The translations under genes were made by a program, and so were the position numbers. Below the pieces are notes generated by a model. It had not been told where the DNA came from, searched no databases, and saw only the letters and a list, made by a program, of their open reading frames with translations. Source: Ginglymostoma cirratum (lineage: Eukaryota). From it: a stretch of 64,000 nt of DNA. Position 1 is the first letter of the stretch. Each line of letters opens with the position of its first letter. Below are positions 13,176-23,824 of the stretch, one piece after another. Location of the stretch: the NCBI GenBank assembly GCA_024137785.1, contig JAHRHZ010000058.1:11838427-11902426 (forward strand), in the 5' to 3' direction.

Positions 13176-13216
13176 AGTTCTGAGGAAGGGTCAGTGGACC
13201 CAAAATGTTAACTCTG
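13176..13216 (+). ncRNA. Minimal type I hammerhead motif, probably inactivated
   Basis: AGTT-CTGAGGA-A-GGGTC-AGTG-GACCC-AAAA-TGTT-AACT. Stem II is perfect, but GAAA has become AAAA and ACGT has become ATGT (CpG decay). Confidence 0.6.
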
Positions 13217-13734
13217 ATTTTTCCTTCACAGATGCTGCCAGACCTGCTGGGCTTTTCCAGCAACTTTGTTTCCTGATTTACAGCATCCACAGTTCTTTCT
13301 TTCATTTTTTATTTAGACTCTCTTTTTATCCTGGATGGTATCAAGCTTCTTGAGTACTGGCACTGTACTCATCTAGGCAAGTGGAAAGCATCCATCACAC
13401 TGCTGATTTGTGTCTTGTAGGTGGAGGACAGGCTTTGGAAGGTCAGTTACTCACCACAGTGTTCCTCTAGCTCTCGTAGCCACAGTATTTATACAGCTAG
13501 TCCAGATCAGTTTCTGGTCAATATTAAGCCAGGATGTTGATAGCCAGTGATACTGATACCATCGAATGAAAGGTTTTCCTTTTGCAGCCGTCCACCTTTG
13601 TGCTAGTGCCCAGCTCTGCTATCAGACATGATGGTTCTTCAAAGTGTTTGATTATGTCGCATTGACTTACATAACCTGCTTCAGGGCTGTAACTGCTATC
13701 AGCCTAAACTGTGTGCATCACAGAATTGATTCAG

Positions 13735-14210
13735 TGAAGGAGGCCTTTGGGGACTCATCATGTCTGCACCAGCTCTCCAAACGAACAATGAACCTAGTCT
13801 CTTTCTCCCATCATCTCCTCATAACCCTATTCATTCCAATTCGCCTTGAATGTTTCAACGGAACCTGCCTCTAAGAGTCTCAGGCTGGGCATTCCAGACC
13901 ATAACCACGTGCCATGCGAAAATGTCCCTATTGTTCCTTTAATGAATTACTTGCCATTTGTGGCTCTTGCTCTTGATTCTTTGCACAAGCAGGAATAATT
14001 TCTCCCTCCCCACTCTCTCCAGACGACTTACAATTGAGTGTCTCGATCAAATCTCCTCTAAGCTTTCTTTTCATGCAAGTCAAACATTCTTAACTTCTCT
14101 AATCTATCTTCTTAACTGAAATTTCTTATCCCTAGAACAATTCTCAATCTTTTCTGCACTCATCCCAATGCTTTCACCTCCTTCCTAAAACGCAGCGCCC
14201 ATAATTATAA
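13735..14210 (-). mobile_element. Old CR1/L2-type LINE 3' fragment
   Basis: ggaggcctttgg...cattccagaccataaccacg...tcaaatctcctct...aatcttttctgcactc...tccttcctaaaa: the degenerate reverse of a CR1/L2 ORF2 end and 3' UTR. Confidence 0.6.
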
Positions 14211-14664
14211 GGTGATCTTCCACAACAGTTGTCTTTCATCCTACCTTAATTAATATTTTCAGCAGATACTTTGATTCCTTTAAAAGCTCTCTTAAATACG
14301 TCAATGTTCATTGACTAAATTACTCCATGAGATAGAATAAAATTACAGAAGATAGTGAAATATGTTCAATCTTATCCCCCTCTCCTCCTAATTCTAGAAA
14401 CATCTCCTGAATTCCTTATTGGACTTATTAATGACCATATTGTGTTTAGAGACCTTAATTTTGAACGTCCCTGGTTACCTTCTGTTCTTGATACTGGGCA
14501 CTACACGAGATGTTCTTCACTGTGATAAGCAAGGCACGATGTACTTTTCTCATTGAGAAAGGAGGAGGTAACTTTTCCATAAACTTGCGAAACTTACAGA
14601 AACAAAATAGTGTTGACTGAAGGATAAAGTTTAGTTTGCGTACTGTATATTAACTCCTCTGTTC

Positions 14665-14825
14665 TTTAAAATAGTCCCATGGGTTCTTTTACATCCACAT
14701 GAAAGGTCAGGAGGGACCTTGTTTCAATTCTCATCTGGTTGCGCTCAGTGCAGAGATGCGATTTGAAGCACGGACACAACTGTGTGGCTTATAATTTAAT
14801 GTTGGAAACAGTGCTGACTCTGAGT
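14665..14825 (-). mobile_element. Degenerate Deu-domain-like SINE relic
   Basis: aaatagtcccatgggttcttttacatccacatgaaagg...gtttcaattctcatctg resembles the DeuSINE core as I recall it. Similar relics lie near 40080-40220, 44380-44600 and 63470-63600. Confidence 0.45.
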
Positions 14826-14954
14826 GAATGTGTGTTTTGTATTTAACCTGTTACTAGTACAGCTCCTTTATATTCTTCTGTGATTCAGACCAACTTTGAC
14901 ATGGGCAAGTGTGCACATGAGGTTTTGCCTATGAGCAACTCACCACTGACTCAC

Positions 14955-15074
14955 ATTTTCTCTTGTAGGATGCTTACTCTCAGGCCGAGTACAATGGATG
15001 AACATTTCCATCATCTGTAGGAGGATCATTACAAATTCGGTTATGCAAGCAGTTGCCTGTTGGACGAGGCCTTT
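14955..15074 (-). other. Candidate internal exon (60 or 120 nt) with tandem donors; strand ambiguous
   Basis: Two GTGAGT donors 11 nt apart (plus actcac 14938-14943 and 14949-14954); acceptors at 15015-16 (cctcctacag) or 15075-76 (gctttttaag). The same DNA also reads as a plus-strand acceptor. Confidence 0.35.
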
Positions 15075-15725
15075 CTTAAAAAGCACATTGAATTTTAGTC
15101 TAGTACAGTAAAGTGCCATGTCTACGTGCTTAAACAATACACACAGTGCAGCAAAAAATGCCTAAGTTGGTGTATTTTGAACTGTTATCTCCCAGTTTAA
15201 ATAAAAGTACTCATCAACAAGACTTCCACCCATTTGAACAGGAACTTAAGCTTTTTTTTTGGCTTTTGGCTGGAGGTGGATTTGAGAGTTTCAAATCTAA
15301 GAGGGTAAAGATTCTGATCAGCCTCTCTTTGGTGCATTGCAATTCCAACTCATGTTTTTTTTTTGTTCAGTTATATTAGCAACAGAATGTTACCGTTTCC
15401 CAGTTTGTATCAAAGAACAGTGTCAGAATTTTCATCCCTCAAATTCAAGCTTCAACAGGTCTCATTTTAAATGACTAAAGGTCACAGATTTTCAATTGCC
15501 CACCCTCCCCACCCAAATCAAAGCTACATTTGAAGGGGTATTGTTGTACTGTTAGGAATTCACAGTAAATCAAACTCTTCAGCAGGTGATGGTGGCTCAT
15601 CTTAAACTCAGATGATCTAGGCTTTGTAGTTTTCTCAAAAAGTAGTATGCCAACTTTTGACTGACAATACATGTAATGGCAGATAACAGCCCACTTATGG
15701 ATCAACTTAACTTGTCACCCCACCA

Positions 15726-16532
15726 TGTTACAACCAAATGATGACTGCGGATGTACACATAACAACTGCCTGGCAGAGTGCTATGTGGATGTCACATCTG
15801 CACAGAGTTGTAGAAAATTTAAAAAGATTGAAAAGGATGAGCTATCAAGAAGCTGGCGACTCGTTCCAACTCTCAGCGGAAGCAGCGAGTTTTACCTTTC
15901 CAAGGATATACTGGAAAACAGGGTCAAAAACCAACTCCAACCCTGGTTTGAGTTGTTACTGGCCTGATATGCTAGTTTGTGAACTGGTGTGCTGGGAAGG
16001 GCACATTTGAGGATAACTATTAGACACTCCTACAGAGCAGGTAAAAAGGGAAAAGAGACTCTCACTCTGAATGCTGTGAACCATTACTAAAAGGAACCAG
16101 GGGAGAAAAATTCAATCAATCAATCTGCATACCCAAAATCTCAATTGAATACTCAACTATCAATGTCAGTGCTCCAGATATTAGCCAATGTAACGGTTGT
16201 AAAGTTCCACTATCTACTTTTCACAAATGAGTCAGACTGATTAACATATTTTTTTCAAATTTATATCTTTGGTTGGGCTCACTTCTTATTCCTAATCTAT
16301 GTTCAATTCTGTTACATTATTCATCTCTTGTTTAGTAAGTAATAAGATCACTCTTTTGTTAACTCAAAGCCTGGTTAAATTGACTTTTTAAGACACATAT
16401 TCACTTGGTCTGGGAGAAATGCATCCACAAAAGAGAAGAGATGCTTTGTAAATTAACCTTGTTGCAACCAATCAAGGGAGCAAGTGAATAAAGGGGAACC
16501 AATTCATCTCTTCTCACTCATGATTTGGTAAA
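15726..16532 (+). mobile_element. Probable degenerate solo LTR
   Basis: Starts TGTTAC, is ~800 bp long, and its U5-like end (aataag...aactcaaagcctggttaaattg...aaattaaccttgttgcaacc...ggtaa) resembles shark LTRs as I recall them. No clean TSD. Confidence 0.4.
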
Positions 16533-19500
16533 CCCCGTTTGGTACAGTGCCAAATTGGGATCCTTGCTTGAGGAATGGTCACAGGGCAAGAAAAATAAAA
16601 AAGTCTGTATTGATATAAATCCTTTAAATAGATCTCAGATGCTTCACATGTAATGAATTCCTTCGTAACAATTATCCTTGCACTTTGTAGGTAAAAGTGG
16701 AAAGATATTGTGTATGGCAATCTATAGAAACTGCATTGGGAATACTGATCTGTTAATATGAATACTTATGTAGTGACTGTTGAGTGACGATTTTTTTTTT
16801 TTTTTAAAATGAGTAACTTCCTGTTTTCAAATTGTGCCTTAGAATAATTAAAGTCCATCTCAATCAAAGTAGATGCGGTCAGACTGAAAATTGCAACAGT
16901 AATCAATTTTTGAAAAGAGCTGCTCATTTAATAATTTTACAAATTCTACTGCTAATTAGATGTTGGTTACCTATGCAATGTCTTACATCAAAGCAAAGCT
17001 TAGCACCTTTACCAGAAAGTGAATTTGCAGTGATCATTTTTATGTCTACTAAATTATTGTTGAGAGCGCTTGGGCAAATTTGAAGTGATGGATCCATCAT
17101 TAATATTGTAACATTAGGAAGGTAATATTGTGGTCGAGATTGCTTTATGTAAGAATTCTTTTTATTGCAGTAAGATTTGATGTAAAATCTATTACGCAAC
17201 TCGATCTTTAGCAGACCCAACAAGGGTCCTGTATTATTTGCTGTATCCTATTTCCATTATTAGTCTGATGATGATCTAATCCTCTTGTAATTGTGGTCAT
17301 GGCATGGATTAATTCATGTCATTGAGGTGGAGATAATTACACTATAGATTTTTTTTTCCCCGTATTAAGCACCTACAGGATTGGTTATTGCAAGGATTGA
17401 CAATTGAAAGACAATGAAAAATATTAGATGCATTGCAAACAAAGGAAGTTATTTATTCTAGACGTAATTAGTTCCATAATGTCTAGAATACACTTAGCTC
17501 TCGACACACCAGAGTCAACAGTACCTCCTGAAGAACTCTCTCACAGCAGCTATGTGTCTTTGTTTCTTGCTGGAATTAATTGAAAGTAAATGTGCTATTG
17601 TTTCCACATGATGAATGCCTGCTTTGTCTCATTTCATGGACTTGCTCTTTTTAGATTCAGAAATTTAACATCTTTTGATTCCTTAAGACAATAGATTTCG
17701 TCTTTAATTCAAACTTGCATGTAAATGGCAATTGTTTTAGAGACTTGTAATACATTAGATTAAAACATTAATTCAGTGCAGTAATGGTGAGCAGTATGCT
17801 GCTGAGTAATATTTTAGCGTGATTGAAGTTTATCTTTGCTCTTTCATGTTGCTACTGTTAGTACAATGGCTGGTGAGTAGTGTACACTACATGATGATAC
17901 TACTTAAAGTTCTGTTTTCAGGCCATGATGCAGAAAGGAATATGAAGAGGAAGTAAGGTGAAATGATGTAAGAGCCACAAATAACTTTCTTTTTGCCTAT
18001 TTCGTTTACTCCCCTTCATTTGGGAAGCTGCAAGGTATGGACTTTTACTGCTGTCTGCTTTTCTGATATCTGATCAAAATGCCCCACACTGCATGCAAGA
18101 GCTGACAGTGCTTGTGGCCAATTCAGCCACAAAGGAAATTACCACTGAACCCAATCCCATCCTGGACCAAAACCTTCATAGTGTGTGAACCAACAACATG
18201 GTTCAATGTACAACAATCCAGATTGCACAACCCTAACTAATTATTCCATCTTAGTCTCCTGAAAACAAGCCAAATGTAATTATTACCGATACCATTCTGG
18301 CTAATGGTGACTTTTTATCTATCCCCATCTCTCCATTTTGCACTGAAACTATTGATGGGAGGGGACTCGGATGACCACACAACATTAATGCCTCACACCA
18401 TGCCACTAAACAAACCTGCACTTTTGAATACAAAGTGTTTGATCAGTTAGGCTTGCAAAGTTGGATGCTTGCTTTAAACCAAATAAAATAGGCAGAATGT
18501 GTATTCAAAGAGGTAATGTCAAAATTGAACTTATGTCTGTAAATAATTATCATTTACTGAATCTGCAATATAAAAAGATTTTTGTGCCAGCCAAGTTTAA
18601 TAATTACGTTGAAAACAAATCTACAGCTAAGAAAAATTGAAACAGGTGCAGAAAATAAACGCTAAATCTCACCAATAGAATTTTTGCATCAACAGATTTA
18701 AGAAGAGAATGAACCACCTGTTTTTCACAGGCATTAGATGTGGTAAGTCTTATGTCCTCAAATCATGAAAAACAGATATAATGAGAGGTACCCTGTAATG
18801 ATGCTTCAAAGGTTTTTGAAAAAAAAAGTCCTCTCTAGCAATACACTGTACAGAAAAAATCAAAATACCAGACGTTGCAAGATGTAGCAGATGTTCCTGT
18901 TTTGAAAATTCCAGAAGTTTTGACAGAATGGCAATTGATGGCCCAACTCGGGCATAAATGGATTGTTTTTAAAAGGTTAGTGAAAACAGTGCTGAAGTAT
19001 GAAATTTGTTTACTAATGGCATCCTAATTTCTGCAAGTGTTAGTTTCTCACTTTTTCTGTACTATTGCTGTACTCTAAGTTTGGTGACAGAGTGAGTGAC
19101 ATGACCCGAATTGTATTTCCGGTGGCTATTGTTATCAGGAGGAATAACTGGAACATTTGAGAATTCAGTGGCTGGTTGTCCCTGCCTGTCTTTAGGGTTA
19201 TGAGCCACATCCCAAATGACAGAAACCAGTTTTCAGTTTCAGTAGTGGCAGAAGGGCTAGAACCTTAGGACAACAGCTGCTTTCAGGAAGACATCAAGAC
19301 TTCGTGGTCGCATGAAAATGGAATAGGATACCTGTTGTGAATCTCTTAGTCATATTGCACATTGAAGTAGAAAATGGAAACTCCCTTCAGCAATAGGGAA
19401 GTCCATGAGGCCTGAAGGAAAGAGCAAAGGCCTATCCTTGGGTAGATCACTGTTACATCATCAGGGGATTTCAGTTTCCCCTTAGTTGTCCAGTCTCTCC

Positions 19501-20836
19501 TCCTTTATTTTCCCACCCCCAGATCCGTCTTTCTCCTTCTCATTCTCACTTGTCTCTCTTTTTCCCCCTCGCTTTATCACTCTAGCCCACACCACCTCCT
19601 CTCTAGGTTCTGATGTCTACTCCCATATGGTCTTTCTGAGTCACTGTTTCTCTCCCTCGTGTTGCTCCAAGTAGTCTGTCAAAGACGTGTGTTACTCTCT
19701 GATTCACGCTGCACACTGTAGATGAGCAAAGCAAATCATTCCACAAATGATCTGATTGAGATTGGTGAAGCCAAGTGTTCAACTGAGAGCTGAATGAAGA
19801 ACACAATCCAGTTTTACATCCCTAAAGTGCTATTTGTTTCTTTTTCAAAATCTTGCTTGGAAATCCTTTCCCTGCCAGCATCTAGCAATGAAGTGAGGAT
19901 AGAAATAAAAACTAAACTGATTTACAAAGATTTACAGTGGGATTCAAACAGTATTATTAGGTCTTTATTCAATTTACTCTGAAAAGCAAATATCAAAGAA
20001 TAACAACTTACATTTAAAAAAAACCCTTTGTGCTAGTTTCACAGCTGAATTTATGCTTGTTTCAGCCTGTTCCACTGGCCAGTCTCACGTTTATTTTTGT
20101 CCTTTGATTTCTGAAAGGAGATGGTAAGATAAACTTAGTACAAAAATCAATGTTTCAGTGATCTTTCAGCATGTTGCACATATCAGTATTACCATTCTCA
20201 GTAATCGGCGAAAACCGTCAACTCCCAAGACAAACACTGTTGTATTACTTCAAGAAGCAAGACCATCATATTAATTGTGTATTGGCCACTTGTTTATAGA
20301 CTTTATTATGCAGATATTACTGGTGTAGTAAATCTGGGATGTAGTAAATAAAACTGAAGATTATTGTTCTGGGATACTCTTTTCCAAACAGTAATCTTTA
20401 TAAATTGGTAGATAATCAAGTGATAGACAATTTTTGCTTATTGGAAAAATGATCTCAAAGTTCAATTTCCTTACTAAGTTGTGGAATTCTAGGTGCTTTA
20501 TTTTATCTATTATAAAATAAATAGTGTCTTATCGTTTTTATTGATTGGATGTTCAAACCTGTCAGAATTCCCTGAAAATATCATTTGTTACAATAAAACT
20601 CCCACCCAGTAACAGTAAAATATTTCAGGTGTTTTTAAATTGGATGCTGACATTTTCTTCATCATTCCTCAAAGCATTAAGTTCAATTTCAAACCATTGG
20701 CCAATGAGCTTCATCCAAACTAAAAAGTAGCAGACAGCCAAAGAAAATCTGTCATGTTGCTCAATAACATGCATCATTTCTTTCAAGAGATTAAGAAAAC
20801 AACTGCATGAGGGTTCAAACTAATTGACCTGTCTTA

Positions 20837-21213
20837 ACAGAGAAAAAAAAAAATCCTTAACCTATGGAGCAGTGGGTCTTGAACCCGGGTCTCTCAGTCG
20901 AGAGATAGGGAGACTACGACTGCACAACGACAGGGCACAAACATTTTTTAATCCACCTGCTCAGAGATGTCACTGCATATCTCAGAACAGGTGGGACTTG
21001 AACCCAGATCTCCTGGCTCAAAGACAAGAACACTACCACTGCGCCACAAGAGCACTTCTGACCTGTCGTACATTTCTTTATTTAGCCTATTTTTCCAATC
21101 AACTTGGTCAGAAATGTTATTACACAGCTTTAGAGCAGGTGGGACTTGAACCCAGGCCTCCCAGACCAGAGGCAGGGACACTATCACTGTGCCACGAGAG
21201 CTCTTGAGCCGTT
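20837..21213 (-). mobile_element. Composite SINE with three tandem tRNA-like heads
   Basis: Three ~70-nt heads (about 21133-21203, 20983-21055, 20866-20938), each with an A box (TGGCACAGTG-like) and a B box (GGTTCAAGNCC); flanked by 13-bp direct repeats ttgacctgtctta (20824-20836, 21214-21226). Confidence 0.75.
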
Positions 21214-23508
21214 TTGACCTGTCTTACAAGTATAAAACAGTGAGTAGCATCTGTGGGGATAGTTATTAGGATAGTCAAGATGGTTCCACTGGTCAAGTTT
21301 GAGTTCAGAAGGTGTGCTCCTTCCATTTTTGAACACTAAGAAAACAAATACCAGCTCCCAATAACAAAGGCAAATAATAGTATGATAAGTTTAAATTCAT
21401 GAGAGTTTGGTTGCAAACTGATTCAAACCCGAGTAGCAAATACTATTCATTCAGATAATTCCACATGCTAATCTATCTTGATCTATAAAAGCAAAAATTG
21501 ACCATATGCTAGAATTGTTGCCTGTGACACTGCAAATTTTTTGCTTGACAAAAGGTAGCATTGGAGAAGTCCTCTCCTCCAATGCTTTACTTTAGGGATA
21601 GAAATGTATTATGTTATGTAGGCAAATTTGCTGTAATTAAGTTTCAAGTCTTCGTGAGGTGCAATAAATCAAATTAAACCCAACTACGAGACTACTGTCC
21701 TGATTACCTCAGGTATGTTAGGGAACCACAACTTAAATACTCAATCACAAGTTATTGTAATGTTGTAACATGCTTAAAAATAAAACAACTTAGTTTCATT
21801 TCATAAAAGAAAGCGCAACTTGCACTGTACAATATACAGTGAAAGTAGTTTCCTTTTTAAATGTTTTCTTTAAAAAAGTGAAAAACATGGAGATGACTAA
21901 ATACAAGGAACAAAAATTCTGTACAATATTCAGTAAATGTTGAACCTTGGTGTGCTGTTGGAAACAGGACTAAATGCTTCAACGAAACTGGTCAAGACAA
22001 AAGTCAAGTTAACCCAGAGCAAGATTCCTTTGAGAAACCACACCAGCCAGCTAACTTCCCATCCATCAGAGGAAGTCACAGAGATTGTAACCTCATTTTA
22101 AATACTGTAGTCCCTTTCCTGCAGTGTGCCCTGGTCACTCAATAAGGTATGGTAAAGAGTGGGTCTTACAGAAGGGAAGGCAATGGAATTCAGGACTGAG
22201 GCAGCTGCAGTAGTATCCAGTGAAAGATCAGTGTATTAACAGGGGAGCTGCTCTCCTGGCTGCAAATAGCAGCTTCCGCTCAGGAGAAGCTGCTAGGCTC
22301 TGATTGATGCAAAAGTCCCTCTGTTTACAAAGCTTGCTGAGGCTCTGGCCTGCAGAAGAACCTTGCATGGATTTGAGCAGGCAAGGAACCTGCTTATTTG
22401 TCAGTGCCCTGCCTGCCAGGTGAGAAGGAATAACATTAACCCCATTCCTTTGAGCTTAACTGTGGATGTGGATCAAAGGTCCCAATAACTCAGTCTAATG
22501 TGTTTGAAGTTGGAGTGCCGCATGAGGTGTGAACAGGGTCTGTCTACAATGATAAATTACTAAACTATAGCCAGTGGTGAGTTATTTTATGAAAGGTTCA
22601 AGTAGCAGAAGGCACAGCAGATGTATTCTCTATAGACTCTGTAGATGTGCCAGTTTCCAGGGACCTCTTAGCTCCTCTGGAACTGCGACAGCACTCAGGT
22701 GCTGGGAATGACAGCCAAGTCAAACTGCATGGCCTGGGGGATGTACTGGCTCCACATGGGCAGCACTCCAGAGGCACTTCAAGCAAACCCGAGACAGTGT
22801 GTCTGCGGCAAAATAAAAAACAGCAACAAGGGGCTCAGCTGCAGCCGATACCATCAAACGCTGACTGTCTACAGCCCGGAGTCATTTACTAGGTGTGGGA
22901 TTGCAGCAGACTGAAAATGGAGACTCACGGAAGTTTCAAGTGTCTGTGGGTTGCTGCTTTTGATAATTTTAGACCCCCTTAGTTGATCCATTCTTAGCTA
23001 ATGACATTAAACTTTTGATGGTTTCAGTTTCCAACTGTGTCTTGTCCCACTTCCTGTACTACATTAAGACTGTTACTGGTTTCAGATAACCTAAACCCAG
23101 CTACAATGATGAGAGCAGATTAAAATATAGATTTGGTGGAACTAATCCAAATAAATCCACAGAATTTAGTTTAATAATGCAACGTATAGTTGGAGTAAAT
23201 TGAAAAGCAGGACAGAGGCTGAAAGCACATCTTTCTAATGGTACAGATATCCAGTATTTCTCAGTTTTAATTAACAAGCCTTCATGTTATAGTGCAACTT
23301 AGTTTTGAAAACAGTAAATGCGTTGTTGAAGAGAACATGGATAGATGGTGATAGAAGGTGACATGGATAGATCCCTTACTCGGATTACATAAAACTGTTT
23401 CACGAAAGCACTCAAACTCCTTCAGACATAGCACACATCTGAAATATTGTCTTTATTTAGTTTCAGCTCAGGACAACAGGAAAGGAATATTTAAAGCTGA
23501 CAAAATGA

Positions 23509-23824
23509 GGGTGGCTCAGTGATTAGCACTACTACCTCATAGCACCAGGGACCCACGTTCGATTCCAGCTTTGGGCGACTGTCTGTGCAAACTCCACACA
23601 TTCTCCCAGTGTCTGTGTGGCTTTCCTCCGGCTGCTCTGGTTTCCCCCCAACAGTCCAAAGATGTGCAGGCTAGGTGGATTGGCTATGCTAAATTGCCCA
23701 TAGTGTTCAGGGATGTGTAGATTAGGTGGGTTATAGGGAGATGGGTCTGGGTGGGATGCTCTCAGGGTCGGTGTGGACATATTGAGCCGATGGGCCTGTT
23801 TCCACACTGTAGGGGTTCTATTCT
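23509..23824 (+). mobile_element. HE1-type V-SINE
   Basis: GTGGCTCAGTGATTAGCACT...GTTCGATTCCAG head; CAGTCCAAAGATGTGCAGGCTAGG core; GGGCCTGTTTCCACACTGTAGGGGTTCTA tail. Confidence 0.92.

Larger units (their letters stand above)
13072..13314. mobile_element. Short fold-back Penelope-like (PLE terminal repeat) insertion with two inverted hammerhead motifs
   Basis: Inverted arms of ~95 bp (about 13075-13170 and 13176-13271) around a 5-nt spacer; exact 14-bp direct repeat agactctcttttta at 13058-13071 and 13315-13328. Confidence 0.85.
12670..13575 (-). mobile_element. Old LINE 3' region (same family as 2720-3592), split by a Penelope-type insertion
   Basis: Reverse copy of the family tail (gggagggagttcc...ttggagggaatcttgcagg...gtggtgttc). 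The sequence continues seamlessly on both sides of the 13058-13328 TSD. Confidence 0.65.

Noticed and set aside
13072-13314. DNA-transposon MITE or pre-miRNA reading of the hairpin
   Set aside because: The asymmetric ends, variable 14-16-bp TSDs across the family and hammerhead cores fit a Penelope-type retro-insertion better.
20866-21203. Possible cluster of tRNA genes
   Set aside because: The A/B boxes belong to diverged SINE heads, and I could not fold convincing cloverleaves.
22598-22995. Overlapping short ORFs and a TCC|GTGAGT donor (MDQLRGSKIIKSSNPQTLETS)
   Set aside because: No recognisable homology, weak exon-side donor context and no promoter motifs; consistent with chance.
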